The notes beneath the pieces were generated by a model. The model made no database searches and was not told where the DNA came from. It saw only the letters and a list, made by a program, of their open reading frames with translations. DNA of 64,000 bases. Source: an uncultured delta proteobacterium (GTDB taxonomy: Bacteria; Bdellovibrionota; FAC87; UBA2466). Positions 20,110 through 29,319 of this stretch are shown here, in pieces. The stretch lies in contig CAVZSV010000004.1 in NCBI GenBank assembly GCA_963778115.1, positions 2,560,001-2,624,000 of the forward strand, written 5' to 3'. Within the stretch, counting starts at the first letter, position 1. Each line of letters begins with the position of its first letter. Both the position numbers and the translations under genes were made by a program.

Positions 20110-20526
20110 ATGAATCTCAAACTAAGTCTGTCGAGCCTGGCCATTGCCGGTTTGCTCGCCGGGGGAATACAAATCGCAAATGCAAGCACCAACTCGGTGC
20201 CTATGCAAGATCTCAAGCTCGTTTCCGAGCAAACCACTCCGACCACGTCGACCGAATTTTTCGGTCATCACGGCCACCACGGTCATCATGGCCACCACGG
20301 TCATCATGGACATCATGGTTTCACCGCGGATGCCAATGGTAGTGTTCCTGCCACGACGGTAGCCTTCGGTCACCACGGGCATCATGGCCACCACGGTCAT
20401 CATGGACACCACGGTCATCATGGACACCACGGTCATCATGGACACCACGGCCACCACGGTCATCATGGTTTCACCGCCAGTGACGCGAATGGTCAAATTC
20501 CATCTCCTACGGTGGCTTTGAACTAG
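20110..20526 (+). CDS. secreted His-rich peptide with (GHH)6 and (GHH)11 cassettes; candidate precursor peptide
   Basis: Strong RBS AAGGAGGA; signal peptide MNLKLSLSSLAIAGLLAGGIQIANA; synonymous codons vary across the repeats, indicating selection at the protein level. Confidence 0.85.
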   Translation: MNLKLSLSSLAIAGLLAGGIQIANASTNSVPMQDLKLVSEQTTPTTSTEFFGHHGHHGHHGHHGHHGHHGFTADANGSVPATTVAFGHHGHHGHHGHHGHHGHHGHHGHHGHHGHHGHHGFTASDANGQIPSPTVALN

Positions 20527-20562
20527 TTGAAAAGTTATCCTCCCTGGCCTTAATACATTAGT

Positions 20563-21915
20563 ATGGGGCCGGGGGGACGACATTCGGTAAGCAACGTGCG
20601 GTTGGGACATCTGAAATTTATTCTGCTTCTTATTTCCGCTTCGTTTGTGGTGGGGCACCTCATTGCCAGCCAAGTAAGTCGAAGCAGTCTCTCTTTGCCT
20701 CAGAAACTGGACACTTCCGCCAATCGTTGCCCTTTGAAGACTCCGCAGGATTGGCAAAATTTTTTGGAGTCAGCGTCAGATTCGCCCAAATGGGTAGCAA
20801 CCTGCGAAGATAGCACTTGCGATGCCTCTTTTTATCAACATGTAAAAGAGGATGTTCAGTCTATCTTTGAGAAGTGCGCCTCCTTTATCAGCTCACACCC
20901 TGAGATCGCCCGCTGTACTCTCAATCTGAAAAAGTTTACGCCGGCCTGGATGCGGCAACATGACTCTTATAGTTATGGTTTCACCATCGACAACGCTCTT
21001 TATCTCAAAGACCAAGACAATCCCCGTCGTCCGTCGGGGATGATGATCGTTCCGGATGCCATCGTAAAAGCGCTTCCTGATCGGAATAAAGTCGAAGAGG
21101 TGGCGCGACAAAATGGATGGCAATATCTCACTCATGATTCCGCTCTGAGCGGATCTAGGACTTTCGTTCTCATCAGAGATCCCAAAGGACGATTCGATAC
21201 GTGGATGCTTCTTAATCTCCAAGGAAGTGATGCGACTTTGACCGACAGCCAGCCTCTATCCGTTCTGGCAGTTCAGAAAGCAGATGTGAACGGTAAGCCA
21301 CTGGAGAAAGTTCAGTTACATTTTAGAGATTACACGCTAAAAAAATCGGATGAGGGGTATCGACTGGCCCTCTATACGGACAACAATGGAAAGTGTTACG
21401 GCTGTCATCCCAATGGAGTTCGCCAACTGATAGCACGTCGAACCCCCATTCTCTATAGTAAGCCGTCCCGAGGGGAAGAGGGCTTTAACGAATCGGGAGA
21501 GATTCCCGCGAATAGTGATTTTGCCTATAGGCGACTGATGGAATTTAACCGTCGGTTGCGATCCTACGGAAGCCCGGATTGGGAAGGTAAAATAGTTCCG
21601 GCCGATCATGGGCCAGCGCTGGGCGAAGCTCAAGGCTGCACGGAATGCCACAATGGAAGGATTCGCGCGAGCCTTAACCTTTCCACTAGCCATGTTCAGC
21701 TCGAACAAAAGGTGCTTAAAGAACTGACGATGCCCACTGACAATCAGTGGCCTCGTCTGCTAGAGAAGAGTCAGATGCGATCGGCAGAGATGACACCCGA
21801 AGATAGAGCGGCACTGGAACGGGCGTATGGCGATCATCGTGAGATACTTCAAGACTTTGAAGCCTCCCGCTTTCCTACTTTGAAAGCTTGGATGCTCGAA
21901 TCTCCCTGTAAGTGA
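20563..21915 (+). CDS. exported di-heme c-type cytochrome-like protein of unknown family
   Basis: N-terminal hydrophobic segment; two CxxCH motifs (CYGCH, CTECH); additional N-terminal cysteines. Confidence 0.7.
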   Translation: MGPGGRHSVSNVRLGHLKFILLLISASFVVGHLIASQVSRSSLSLPQKLDTSANRCPLKTPQDWQNFLESASDSPKWVATCEDSTCDASFYQHVKEDVQSIFEKCASFISSHPEIARCTLNLKKFTPAWMRQHDSYSYGFTIDNALYLKDQDNPRRPSGMMIVPDAIVKALPDRNKVEEVARQNGWQYLTHDSALSGSRTFVLIRDPKGRFDTWMLLNLQGSDATLTDSQPLSVLAVQKADVNGKPLEKVQLHFRDYTLKKSDEGYRLALYTDNNGKCYGCHPNGVRQLIARRTPILYSKPSRGEEGFNESGEIPANSDFAYRRLMEFNRRLRSYGSPDWEGKIVPADHGPALGEAQGCTECHNGRIRASLNLSTSHVQLEQKVLKELTMPTDNQWPRLLEKSQMRSAEMTPEDRAALERAYGDHREILQDFEASRFPTLKAWMLESPCK

Positions 21916-21936
21916 TTTCTTTACTGTGAGGAGTAT

Positions 21937-22467
21937 GTGAAAGAGTCACCTTGGACACCCAAAAAAAAATGCTTTTGGTTAGGGCTAGTCTCGCTTCATC
22001 TCGTGCTTGTGGTGCTCGGCGCTTACGATTTTGAGTGGGCCGATTACGGCCACGCAGGAAAATGGGTGGACTATTACACGGTCCTCTCCGGCGCTAACTC
22101 CGGTTACGGGTTTTTCGCGCCGGGGATTGGTTCGCAATTGCGCGCCCTTTTCGATATCGAAGAAAAATCGGGGCGCAAACATACCTTGGAACTTACTTCC
22201 ACCAAGAGTCACGAAGCGGAGATTCGAGTCGGTGACATCATCGAACAATTTTTAACCGAGGATGGCGAGAAGCCCGATCGAGATTTGCAAAGATCCATGG
22301 CGGCCTCGCTAGCGGGAACCATGTTTGCCCGTACTCCAGGAGCAAAGTCGGTAACCATTCGTTTAGAAGAATTCACTCCGGTTTCCCGCAACGACTACCT
22401 GAAAGGGGTTCGCCCGGAATGGATTCCCACCTATTCGGCGAAGTTCGAACGGAAAACGTATGACTGA
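21937..22467 (+). CDS. SdpA/DUF5819-like protein
   Basis: N-terminal TM (SLHLVLV) followed by GYGFFAP; immediately upstream of and overlapping an HTTM gene; RBS GAGGAG. Confidence 0.65.
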   Translation: MKESPWTPKKKCFWLGLVSLHLVLVVLGAYDFEWADYGHAGKWVDYYTVLSGANSGYGFFAPGIGSQLRALFDIEEKSGRKHTLELTSTKSHEAEIRVGDIIEQFLTEDGEKPDRDLQRSMAASLAGTMFARTPGAKSVTIRLEEFTPVSRNDYLKGVRPEWIPTYSAKFERKTYD

Positions 22468-23410
22468 ATTTAAGACTTGGCCGAAAAGGGTGCAAAAGAG
22501 CGTCAAAGTCTGTTTGGACCGGTTCTTTTTCAGCCCGACCACCGCCGAACCCTTGGCGGCCCTGCGAATGGGTCTCTCTGCGGTTCTTTTAGTCCAAGCT
22601 TTTCTACTAAGACACTCGCTACCAGAATTTTTCGCTTCGGACGGCCTTGTACAAGGGGCTCTTGCTCGCTATCTGAGCGTTCCCTATAGTCCTCGAATTG
22701 ACTGGATAGTAACGTTACTTTCTCCGTTACGAGTTCCCGAGATGCCGATCGTCTATTTTGTCGGAATCGCTTACGTTGCGTCTTTAGTGGCATTGCTCTT
22801 GGGCTACCACACAAGATTTGCTGCGGTGGCGAGTTGGCTAATCCATTGGGTACTGATGAATACCGCTTATTCGACGTCTTACGGAGCCGACTCTTATGCG
22901 CATGTTTTTCTTTTTTATTTAATGTGGGTCCCCTGTGGTTGGGCATGGTCGATGGATGTTTGGCAAGAAAGAATTCATCCTCTCCCTTCAACGGGGGCTC
23001 GTTTGGGCCTTCGCGTTTTGCAGGTTCATTTGTGTGTTACTTATCTCATTAGCGCCATCGATAAAGCGCAGGGACCGCAATGGTGGAATGGTGAGCTTTT
23101 GTGGAGAGCAGTGAATCTTCCGGTCTATTACCAATATAACATGACTTGGTTGGCGAACTGGCCTGTGACGTCAAAAGTCTTGGGCTGGATGACTCTGGTT
23201 CTAGAAGGAGGCTATTTCATTTTCATCTGGCCGAAAAAGACGCGTCCGCTCTGGATAGCGGGCATCGTCGGACTTCATTTAGGGATCGTAATTTTTCTGG
23301 GACTTGGAATCTTTGGATTCTTAATGAGTGTGCTAACGGTTGCGGTGTTTGCGGTCAGTCCCCGCAAGGTTGACTTACCGGTTGCCGCGTTGCTTCGCTT
23401 CTCGCAATGA
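22460..23410 (+). CDS. HTTM-domain membrane protein (SdpB / vitamin K-dependent gamma-carboxylase-like)
   Basis: LAALRMGL, LLGYHTR, YGADSY, WSMD, LQVHLCVTYL.SAIDKAQG..WWNGE and GLHLGI..LGLGIF motifs. Confidence 0.88.
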   Translation: MTEFKTWPKRVQKSVKVCLDRFFFSPTTAEPLAALRMGLSAVLLVQAFLLRHSLPEFFASDGLVQGALARYLSVPYSPRIDWIVTLLSPLRVPEMPIVYFVGIAYVASLVALLLGYHTRFAAVASWLIHWVLMNTAYSTSYGADSYAHVFLFYLMWVPCGWAWSMDVWQERIHPLPSTGARLGLRVLQVHLCVTYLISAIDKAQGPQWWNGELLWRAVNLPVYYQYNMTWLANWPVTSKVLGWMTLVLEGGYFIFIWPKKTRPLWIAGIVGLHLGIVIFLGLGIFGFLMSVLTVAVFAVSPRKVDLPVAALLRFSQ

Positions 23411-24087
23411 CCCTTTCTTGCCGTAAAAAAGGATGCCTTCCCCATCTCAGTCAAGGCGTTCGCAGGACCCTTCGACTACTTCGCTACGAGTTTAAAATCC
23501 AAAGAATGCACCGGGCCTCCGTCAAGAAAACGCACGCACTGTATCACGGAAAGTCAGACCTTCGTCTTAATCTCGGTTGCGGCTCTCATCCGAAAGCCGG
23601 CTGGGTCAATATCGATCTTTCTCAGCAAGCCGATCTCAATCTTGATCTACGCGAATCCCTGCCTTTCGAAGACGGGTCGACTAGCTTTATTTATAGTGAG
23701 CATTTTTTTGAGCATTTAGAATACCCTCGTCAGACCACCTTTTTTCTAAAGGAATGCTTTCGAGTCTTAGCCCCTAATGGTCGGCTAAGCCTCGGAGTTC
23801 CGGATTCAGAATGGCCCATCAAAGCCTACTCGGAGGATTCCAAAGGCTATTTCGAATTGGCTCGGACGATATTTCATCCAAAATGGTGCAATACCAGAAT
23901 GCACCATCTTAATTTTCATTTTCGACAGGGCAATGAACATAAGTACGCCTACGATGAAGAGACGCTTATTCTGATACTTCGAAAGCAGGGCTTTCAGTCG
24001 GTTTCTCGACGAGAGTTTCTTTCAGAACTTGATTCCAGTTCCCGATCGGTGGGGACGTTATATGTGGAAGCGAAGAGACCTTGCTAG
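23407..24087 (+). CDS. class I SAM-dependent methyltransferase (Methyltransf_11-like)
   Basis: RLNLGCG, GWVNID, LPFED, EHFFEHL and RVLAPNG motifs; ATGA overlap with the HTTM gene. Confidence 0.85.
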   Translation: MTLSCRKKGCLPHLSQGVRRTLRLLRYEFKIQRMHRASVKKTHALYHGKSDLRLNLGCGSHPKAGWVNIDLSQQADLNLDLRESLPFEDGSTSFIYSEHFFEHLEYPRQTTFFLKECFRVLAPNGRLSLGVPDSEWPIKAYSEDSKGYFELARTIFHPKWCNTRMHHLNFHFRQGNEHKYAYDEETLILILRKQGFQSVSRREFLSELDSSSRSVGTLYVEAKRPC

Positions 24088-24234
24088 AGCAAAATGCCAT
24101 GGAGAAGACAGGCTAATACTCGAAGGAACCCAGTGACTTACGGGCTTTCTCTTGAACCTTACGCACCCACCATATATAGTCCTGCCGCTTTATAACCTCA
24201 GGGAGTTACTGGGAAATTGCAGGAAAATACCATC

Positions 24235-25860
24235 ATGGAAACCTTCGCCGAACTCAATCTTAGCCCGCCGCTTGCCCAAGCTATTCTAGAGATGGGTTTT
24301 GTCACTCCAACACCCATACAGGCCCAAACGGTTCCTCTGTTACTAGAAGCTCCGACGGATTTTCTGGGAATGGCGGCCACCGGAACGGGAAAGACCGTAG
24401 CCTTTGGAATTCCGCTACTAGAGAGAATGTTGGACAAGACGCGGGAGATTCAAGCCGTCGTCCTGTGTCCGACGCGAGAGCTTGCGGTTCAAGTCGCGGC
24501 CGAACTGACTCTTTTAGGAAAATATAAAAAAATTGAGGCCAAAGCCATCTACGGCGGGGCGAGCTTTACTGAACAGAGAGTTAGTTTTACGCGCGGGGTG
24601 GGTATTATCGTCGCCACTCCGGGTAGGTTGGTCGATCACTTAAGCCAAGGGACCGTCTCCTTGGATAAAGTTAAGACTATCGTTCTCGATGAAGCGGATG
24701 AGATGATTTCGATGGGGTTTCAAGAAGAGTTGGAATTTGTTCTTAAACATATTCCCTCTCAGACCAGAAACACTTGGCTCTTTGCGGCTACGATGAACAG
24801 TCAATTACGACGAGTCGCGGATCAGTATCTGAAGAATCCGAAGACCGCTCAAGTAAATCGAAAAGAGATGCTCCCAGGCACCGTGAGGCAGGTCTATTAC
24901 ACGGTGAGAGAAAAAAACAAACCCAAGGGACTCTGTAAGCTAATCGACATGTGTGATGATTTTTACGGCATGATCTTTTGCCAGACCAAAGCGTTAGTCG
25001 TCGATCTAACCCAATACCTAAACGCAAGAGGGTATCGGGTAGATTGTCTTCATGGAGACAAGACGCAGTTTGAGAGGACCCGCACTTTTGATCTTTTTCG
25101 CAAGAAGCAAATCAATATCCTGGTCTGCTCCGACGTTGCCGCTCGGGGCTTAGATGTTAAAGAGCTGACCCACGTGATTAATTACTCGCTTCCTCTGGAC
25201 GCCGAAGCTTACATCCATCGTATTGGACGAACCGGTCGTAGTGGAAAGTCGGGACTTGCTCTGAGTCTTGTGGCTCCCTCCCAGATGAATCAGCTAGAGA
25301 GGATTGAGCGGGTCGTGAAGAGCAAGATGGAACTGGATACTTTTCCATCGAAGAAATTGGTCAGTACCAAGAAGATGGAAAGATTACTTCCTAAATTTGC
25401 CGAGGCCCTAGGACATGAAAAGGCACGCGAAGTCTTAGATGAAAAATGGAACACGACTCTTGAAGCGATGAGCAAAACCGATATCGCCGCCCGCTTTCTG
25501 GCACTCCAATTTCCAGATCTATTCGATGATAGCGAGAAAGCGGAGGAGATAGGGCTTGGGGAGGGGAGGGAGCGTCCTCAGCGCGAGCGTTTCGTGAAGC
25601 CTGAATATCGGGATTCCTATGGTGAAGGCCATGATGGCGACGAGCGACCTCGCCGTTCCCCAAGAAGAAATTTTGGTTCGTTCGCAAATGGCGCTCAAAG
25701 AGGCGAATCGAGGTTCGGTCGACGAAGCGGACCGCCCGAAAGGCGCTTTGAGGGTGGGCCCAAAGGGCCTCCAGGACCACGCGGTCCCCGAAAACCTTTC
25801 GGCAAACCGGGTAAATTTTCAAAAGGGCCGCCCAAACATCGAGATCAAAATCGATATTAA
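24235..25860 (+). CDS. DEAD-box RNA helicase (DeaD/CshA-like)
   Basis: Q motif, ATGTGKT, PTRELA, TPGR, DEAD, ARGLD and HRIGRTGR motifs; basic RG-rich tail. Confidence 0.95.
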   Translation: METFAELNLSPPLAQAILEMGFVTPTPIQAQTVPLLLEAPTDFLGMAATGTGKTVAFGIPLLERMLDKTREIQAVVLCPTRELAVQVAAELTLLGKYKKIEAKAIYGGASFTEQRVSFTRGVGIIVATPGRLVDHLSQGTVSLDKVKTIVLDEADEMISMGFQEELEFVLKHIPSQTRNTWLFAATMNSQLRRVADQYLKNPKTAQVNRKEMLPGTVRQVYYTVREKNKPKGLCKLIDMCDDFYGMIFCQTKALVVDLTQYLNARGYRVDCLHGDKTQFERTRTFDLFRKKQINILVCSDVAARGLDVKELTHVINYSLPLDAEAYIHRIGRTGRSGKSGLALSLVAPSQMNQLERIERVVKSKMELDTFPSKKLVSTKKMERLLPKFAEALGHEKAREVLDEKWNTTLEAMSKTDIAARFLALQFPDLFDDSEKAEEIGLGEGRERPQRERFVKPEYRDSYGEGHDGDERPRRSPRRNFGSFANGAQRGESRFGRRSGPPERRFEGGPKGPPGPRGPRKPFGKPGKFSKGPPKHRDQNRY

Positions 25861-25874
25861 TAAGGAGAGGGAAC

Positions 25875-27245
25875 TTGAGTCGTATCTTTAGTGCAGGCGC
25901 TTTTCTGATTGTTGTGGGTTTGGCCATTGGCTGCTCCAAGAGGGATTCTTCGTTGCAGATGGCCAGAGAGGAGATCTCCTCCCGATCTCCGGAAACGTGC
26001 GAACAGTTCATTGCTCGACTCCCTTCAAATTATACTTATAACTATGTCCATTCGGTCGAAGAGCCGGGGAATTTTGCAAGTCCTACCGTCAAAGTGTTCT
26101 TCTATTACCCCAAAGATCTGAAGGAAAATGTAACGCTATTTCTTAATGGAGGGCCTGGGGAGACTAGCCATGGCGGATTCCAAAATTTGGATCGAGCCCT
26201 GGTCCGATACGGCATTTCCGACAAAGTGAGCTTTGTTTTTATGGATCAAAGAGGGAATGGATGTTCCTCGGGCTATCCCGAAGAGGCTACGGATGAAAAG
26301 ATTTCTAAGCGCGCACGATGGTACGGATCGAGAGGAATTGTTTACGACGCCGAGCTTATTCGGCAGCAGTTCTTCGGAAATCGTAAATGGAACATTTTTG
26401 GCCAAAGCTTTGGCGCTTTCGTAGCCCACAGGTATTTGGTCAATTATTTGGGTTCTTTGGATCGCACTTTGGCTTACGCTAACGCCGTTACGGATGACCC
26501 TAAAGATCGGATGTATAACCGCGTGAAGTCCCAATTTCAGGTGTGGGATAGATACTTCGCTGCTTACCCTGAGGATAAAATCCGGGTTCGCGCATTGTTG
26601 GAGGGATTACCAAAAGAGCGGTGTCAAAAGCTTCCCAGCGGCAAGCAATTCTGTGGCACGGATCAGATTTCGGATCTAGTTGATTATGAATTGGGTTTTA
26701 CTCATGAATGGTCTTACCTTCACGATACTCTTAAGACTCTAGTTCCCCAGCAGATCGATGCGACTGCGTTAACGAACTACGTCATTCGTCAGGATTATCC
26801 GAGCCCCACTAATGCTCGGCGAGTGAGCCTTAAGACGATCAATTATTATGATAGGAACGTTTTGCCGCTGGATTATCCGCTTTGCCAAGAGATCTCAAAG
26901 AGGTTGAAGAAGGAAATTCCTTCTGTAGATTTTAGCAGTTATCTCACCGAGTGTTCACCAGCGATGCAGTTTCAAGACATAGATCATAAATTCGCGCAGA
27001 TACAAATTGATTTAAATCATCAACAAGACAAGCTAACCCTAAAAGATGTAGGGTCCGCTTTGAACCTAAGCCCTCACGGAAGGGTGTTTCTGTACTCTGG
27101 CGATCTCGATCCTTGGATTCCTCCGGTCCTATTTACCGAGGAAGTCGCGGAATTAGGCGGCCAGATTTTCTATCGCCCCTTAATAGGTGTCGGCCATGAA
27201 GGGTACTATACGGAACGGATCGTCTTCGAAGATTTAGTGAATTAG
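25875..27245 (+). CDS. alpha/beta hydrolase lipoprotein (prolyl aminopeptidase-like)
   Basis: Lipobox AIGC; NGGPG, DQRGNG.S, nucleophile GQSFG, GDLDP and GVGH. Confidence 0.85.
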   Translation: MSRIFSAGAFLIVVGLAIGCSKRDSSLQMAREEISSRSPETCEQFIARLPSNYTYNYVHSVEEPGNFASPTVKVFFYYPKDLKENVTLFLNGGPGETSHGGFQNLDRALVRYGISDKVSFVFMDQRGNGCSSGYPEEATDEKISKRARWYGSRGIVYDAELIRQQFFGNRKWNIFGQSFGAFVAHRYLVNYLGSLDRTLAYANAVTDDPKDRMYNRVKSQFQVWDRYFAAYPEDKIRVRALLEGLPKERCQKLPSGKQFCGTDQISDLVDYELGFTHEWSYLHDTLKTLVPQQIDATALTNYVIRQDYPSPTNARRVSLKTINYYDRNVLPLDYPLCQEISKRLKKEIPSVDFSSYLTECSPAMQFQDIDHKFAQIQIDLNHQQDKLTLKDVGSALNLSPHGRVFLYSGDLDPWIPPVLFTEEVAELGGQIFYRPLIGVGHEGYYTERIVFEDLVN

Positions 27246-27327
27246 GAAAATCTGCTATCGCAAATTTTGTTTCTGGACGGCCATTCGGTTAAACTAATCC
27301 TTACCTAATCAAAGTTAAGGAGAACCC

Positions 27328-28497
27328 ATGGCATCTGCATATGAACTCACCGCTACGCGTCCTAGCGACGAATGGATAACTAAGGCTAAGAAAATTGCAG
27401 CAGAAGTGGCAAGTCCTCATGCGGAAGCTGTCGACCGAAATGGGACCTTTCCTAAAGAGACCATCTCCGCCATGGCGGAAAGCGGCTTTTTTGGACTCAA
27501 CCTACCTAAGGCGATCGGTGGTGGGGGGGCCTTACCCCGAACCTTCGCCGCGGTGACGGAGGAGTTGGCTACGGTTTGTGCCTCTAGCGCTATGGTTTAC
27601 GTGATGCACACTGCGGCGTCCCAGGCCATCGCAGCATCGAGCACGTTTACCGCTAAAGAGGAGACTTTAAAGTCCATCGCTCAGGGGAAACATCTTTCAA
27701 CCCTGGCGTTTTCGGAAACAGGGTCAAGATCTCAATTTTGGCTTCCGATCTCTCAGTTAACCAAGTCTGGTAACGATTTTTCAGTCTCCGCAAAAAAATC
27801 TTGGGTTACTTCCGCTAACCATGCCGATTCGTACATTGCAGCAGCCAAAGCTACTAGTTCGCAATCCTCGCTTGAGAGTACTTTGTATTTTGTGAAAAAA
27901 GGAAGTTCCGGCGTCCATGTTGAGGGCACCTTCAATGGTCTTGGGCTTCGGGGAAATGAATCAGCACCCGTCACCTTCAAAGAGGTCGCAATTTCCAAAG
28001 GAAATCTTATTTGCCCCGAGGGAAAGGGGCTAGAGGGAATGCTCCAAGTGGTCTTGCCGTGGTTTGCTATCGGTTCGGCTGCGATGGCGCATGGGATTTG
28101 CCGGGCCGCGATCTCGGCTACCAGCCAACATCTTTCTGGAACTGGATTTGATGGTGGCTCAAAACTTAGAGACCTCTCCAATCTTAGAGTCCGCTTGGCG
28201 CAAATGAATATGCGCACCGAAAGAAGCAGGGCTCTTCTGGGATGGACCCTCTCGGAGATGGAGGCGCCTAACGAGATGACTCCGCTTTATGTTCTGCAAT
28301 CGCGACTGAGCGCCCTTGAGACCGTTGTGGAGGTGACCGATTTGGCGATGAAGACTTGTGGAGGGGCGGCTTTCTCAAAGCATTTAGGCATTGAAAGACT
28401 CTTTCGTGATGCGCGGGCGGGCTGGGTAATGGCGCCTACCGTGGATCATTTGGAAGACTTCGTCGGAAAAGCGCTTACGGGCCTTCCTCTTTTTTAG
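27328..28497 (+). CDS. acyl-CoA dehydrogenase family flavoprotein
   Basis: AFSETGS, KSWVTS, GLRGNES, GGAAF and IERLFRDARA motifs. Confidence 0.9.
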   Translation: MASAYELTATRPSDEWITKAKKIAAEVASPHAEAVDRNGTFPKETISAMAESGFFGLNLPKAIGGGGALPRTFAAVTEELATVCASSAMVYVMHTAASQAIAASSTFTAKEETLKSIAQGKHLSTLAFSETGSRSQFWLPISQLTKSGNDFSVSAKKSWVTSANHADSYIAAAKATSSQSSLESTLYFVKKGSSGVHVEGTFNGLGLRGNESAPVTFKEVAISKGNLICPEGKGLEGMLQVVLPWFAIGSAAMAHGICRAAISATSQHLSGTGFDGGSKLRDLSNLRVRLAQMNMRTERSRALLGWTLSEMEAPNEMTPLYVLQSRLSALETVVEVTDLAMKTCGGAAFSKHLGIERLFRDARAGWVMAPTVDHLEDFVGKALTGLPLF

Positions 28498-28506
28498 TGA
28501 GATAAA

Positions 28507-29319
28507 ATGGCAAATTCTAAAATCATTCTGGGTGCCGTGGCCTATCTTCCGAAAGTCGTAACGATTTGGGAAGGGATGCGGGATTTTTTTGCTTCCCATA
28601 ACGTTCCTTTCGATTTTGTGCTGTTCTCCAATTACGAAGAGCAAGTCGATTTCCTACTCGAAGGCAAGATCGACATTGCATGGAATGCACCGCTTGCCCA
28701 TGTTCGCGTGAGACATCGAACGAATATGACTTCCCTCTCCTTGGGGATGAGAGATACCGATCGAGATTTCCACAGCCGTTTGATCGTGAGGCACGACTCG
28801 GGAATCAAATCCATCCAAGATCTTAAGAATAAACGAATCGGGGTGGGAAGTAAGGATTCGACTCAGGCTAGAATTCTGCCCCTCTACTTTCTCGAGGAAG
28901 CGGGGCTGGATCTTTCAGCGGTTAGCCTACAAACCTTTGATTCCGATCTAGGAAAGCATGGGGACACCGGCAAGAGTGAGCTTGAGGTGTTGCAAGCGCT
29001 ACAAACGGGGAAAGTCGATGCCGGAGTCCTGGGAGATTGGGTATGGATGGCTGAACTTGCGGCTGGGCACATAAGGACCGAGGTGTTAGATTCTCTTTGG
29101 ACGACACCCGCCTACGATCACTGTATGTTTGACGCGCTAACAAGCATAGATACCAAGAAGGCAAAGCAGTTTACCGACGCTCTTTTTTCCATGAAGTGGG
29201 AAAATGCCCAGCACCGTAAGTTACTGGAGTTGGAAGGGCTGAAAGAGTGGCAGGGTCCCAGAGAGCAAGGCTACGAGACACTTTGGAAAGCGGTCGAGCG
29301 ACTCGGTATCTCTCTATGA
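28507..29319 (+). CDS. PhnD/SsuA-type substrate-binding fold protein lacking a signal peptide
   Basis: LGAVAY.PKVVTIW, NYEEQV, IDIAWN, GS.DSTQA and YDHC.F motifs; no hydrophobic N-terminus. Confidence 0.8.
   Translation: MANSKIILGAVAYLPKVVTIWEGMRDFFASHNVPFDFVLFSNYEEQVDFLLEGKIDIAWNAPLAHVRVRHRTNMTSLSLGMRDTDRDFHSRLIVRHDSGIKSIQDLKNKRIGVGSKDSTQARILPLYFLEEAGLDLSAVSLQTFDSDLGKHGDTGKSELEVLQALQTGKVDAGVLGDWVWMAELAAGHIRTEVLDSLWTTPAYDHCMFDALTSIDTKKAKQFTDALFSMKWENAQHRKLLELEGLKEWQGPREQGYETLWKAVERLGISL

Noticed and set aside
20263..20469. Collagen-like Gly-X-Y triple helix in the His-rich peptide
   Set aside because: Formally G-X-Y, but the runs are short, lack Pro and have no trimerisation domain; metal binding is the simpler explanation, though a metal-stabilised helix is not excluded
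20122..20757. Antisense ORF with MMTVV repeats
   Set aside because: Reverse-complement shadow of the (GHH)n codons
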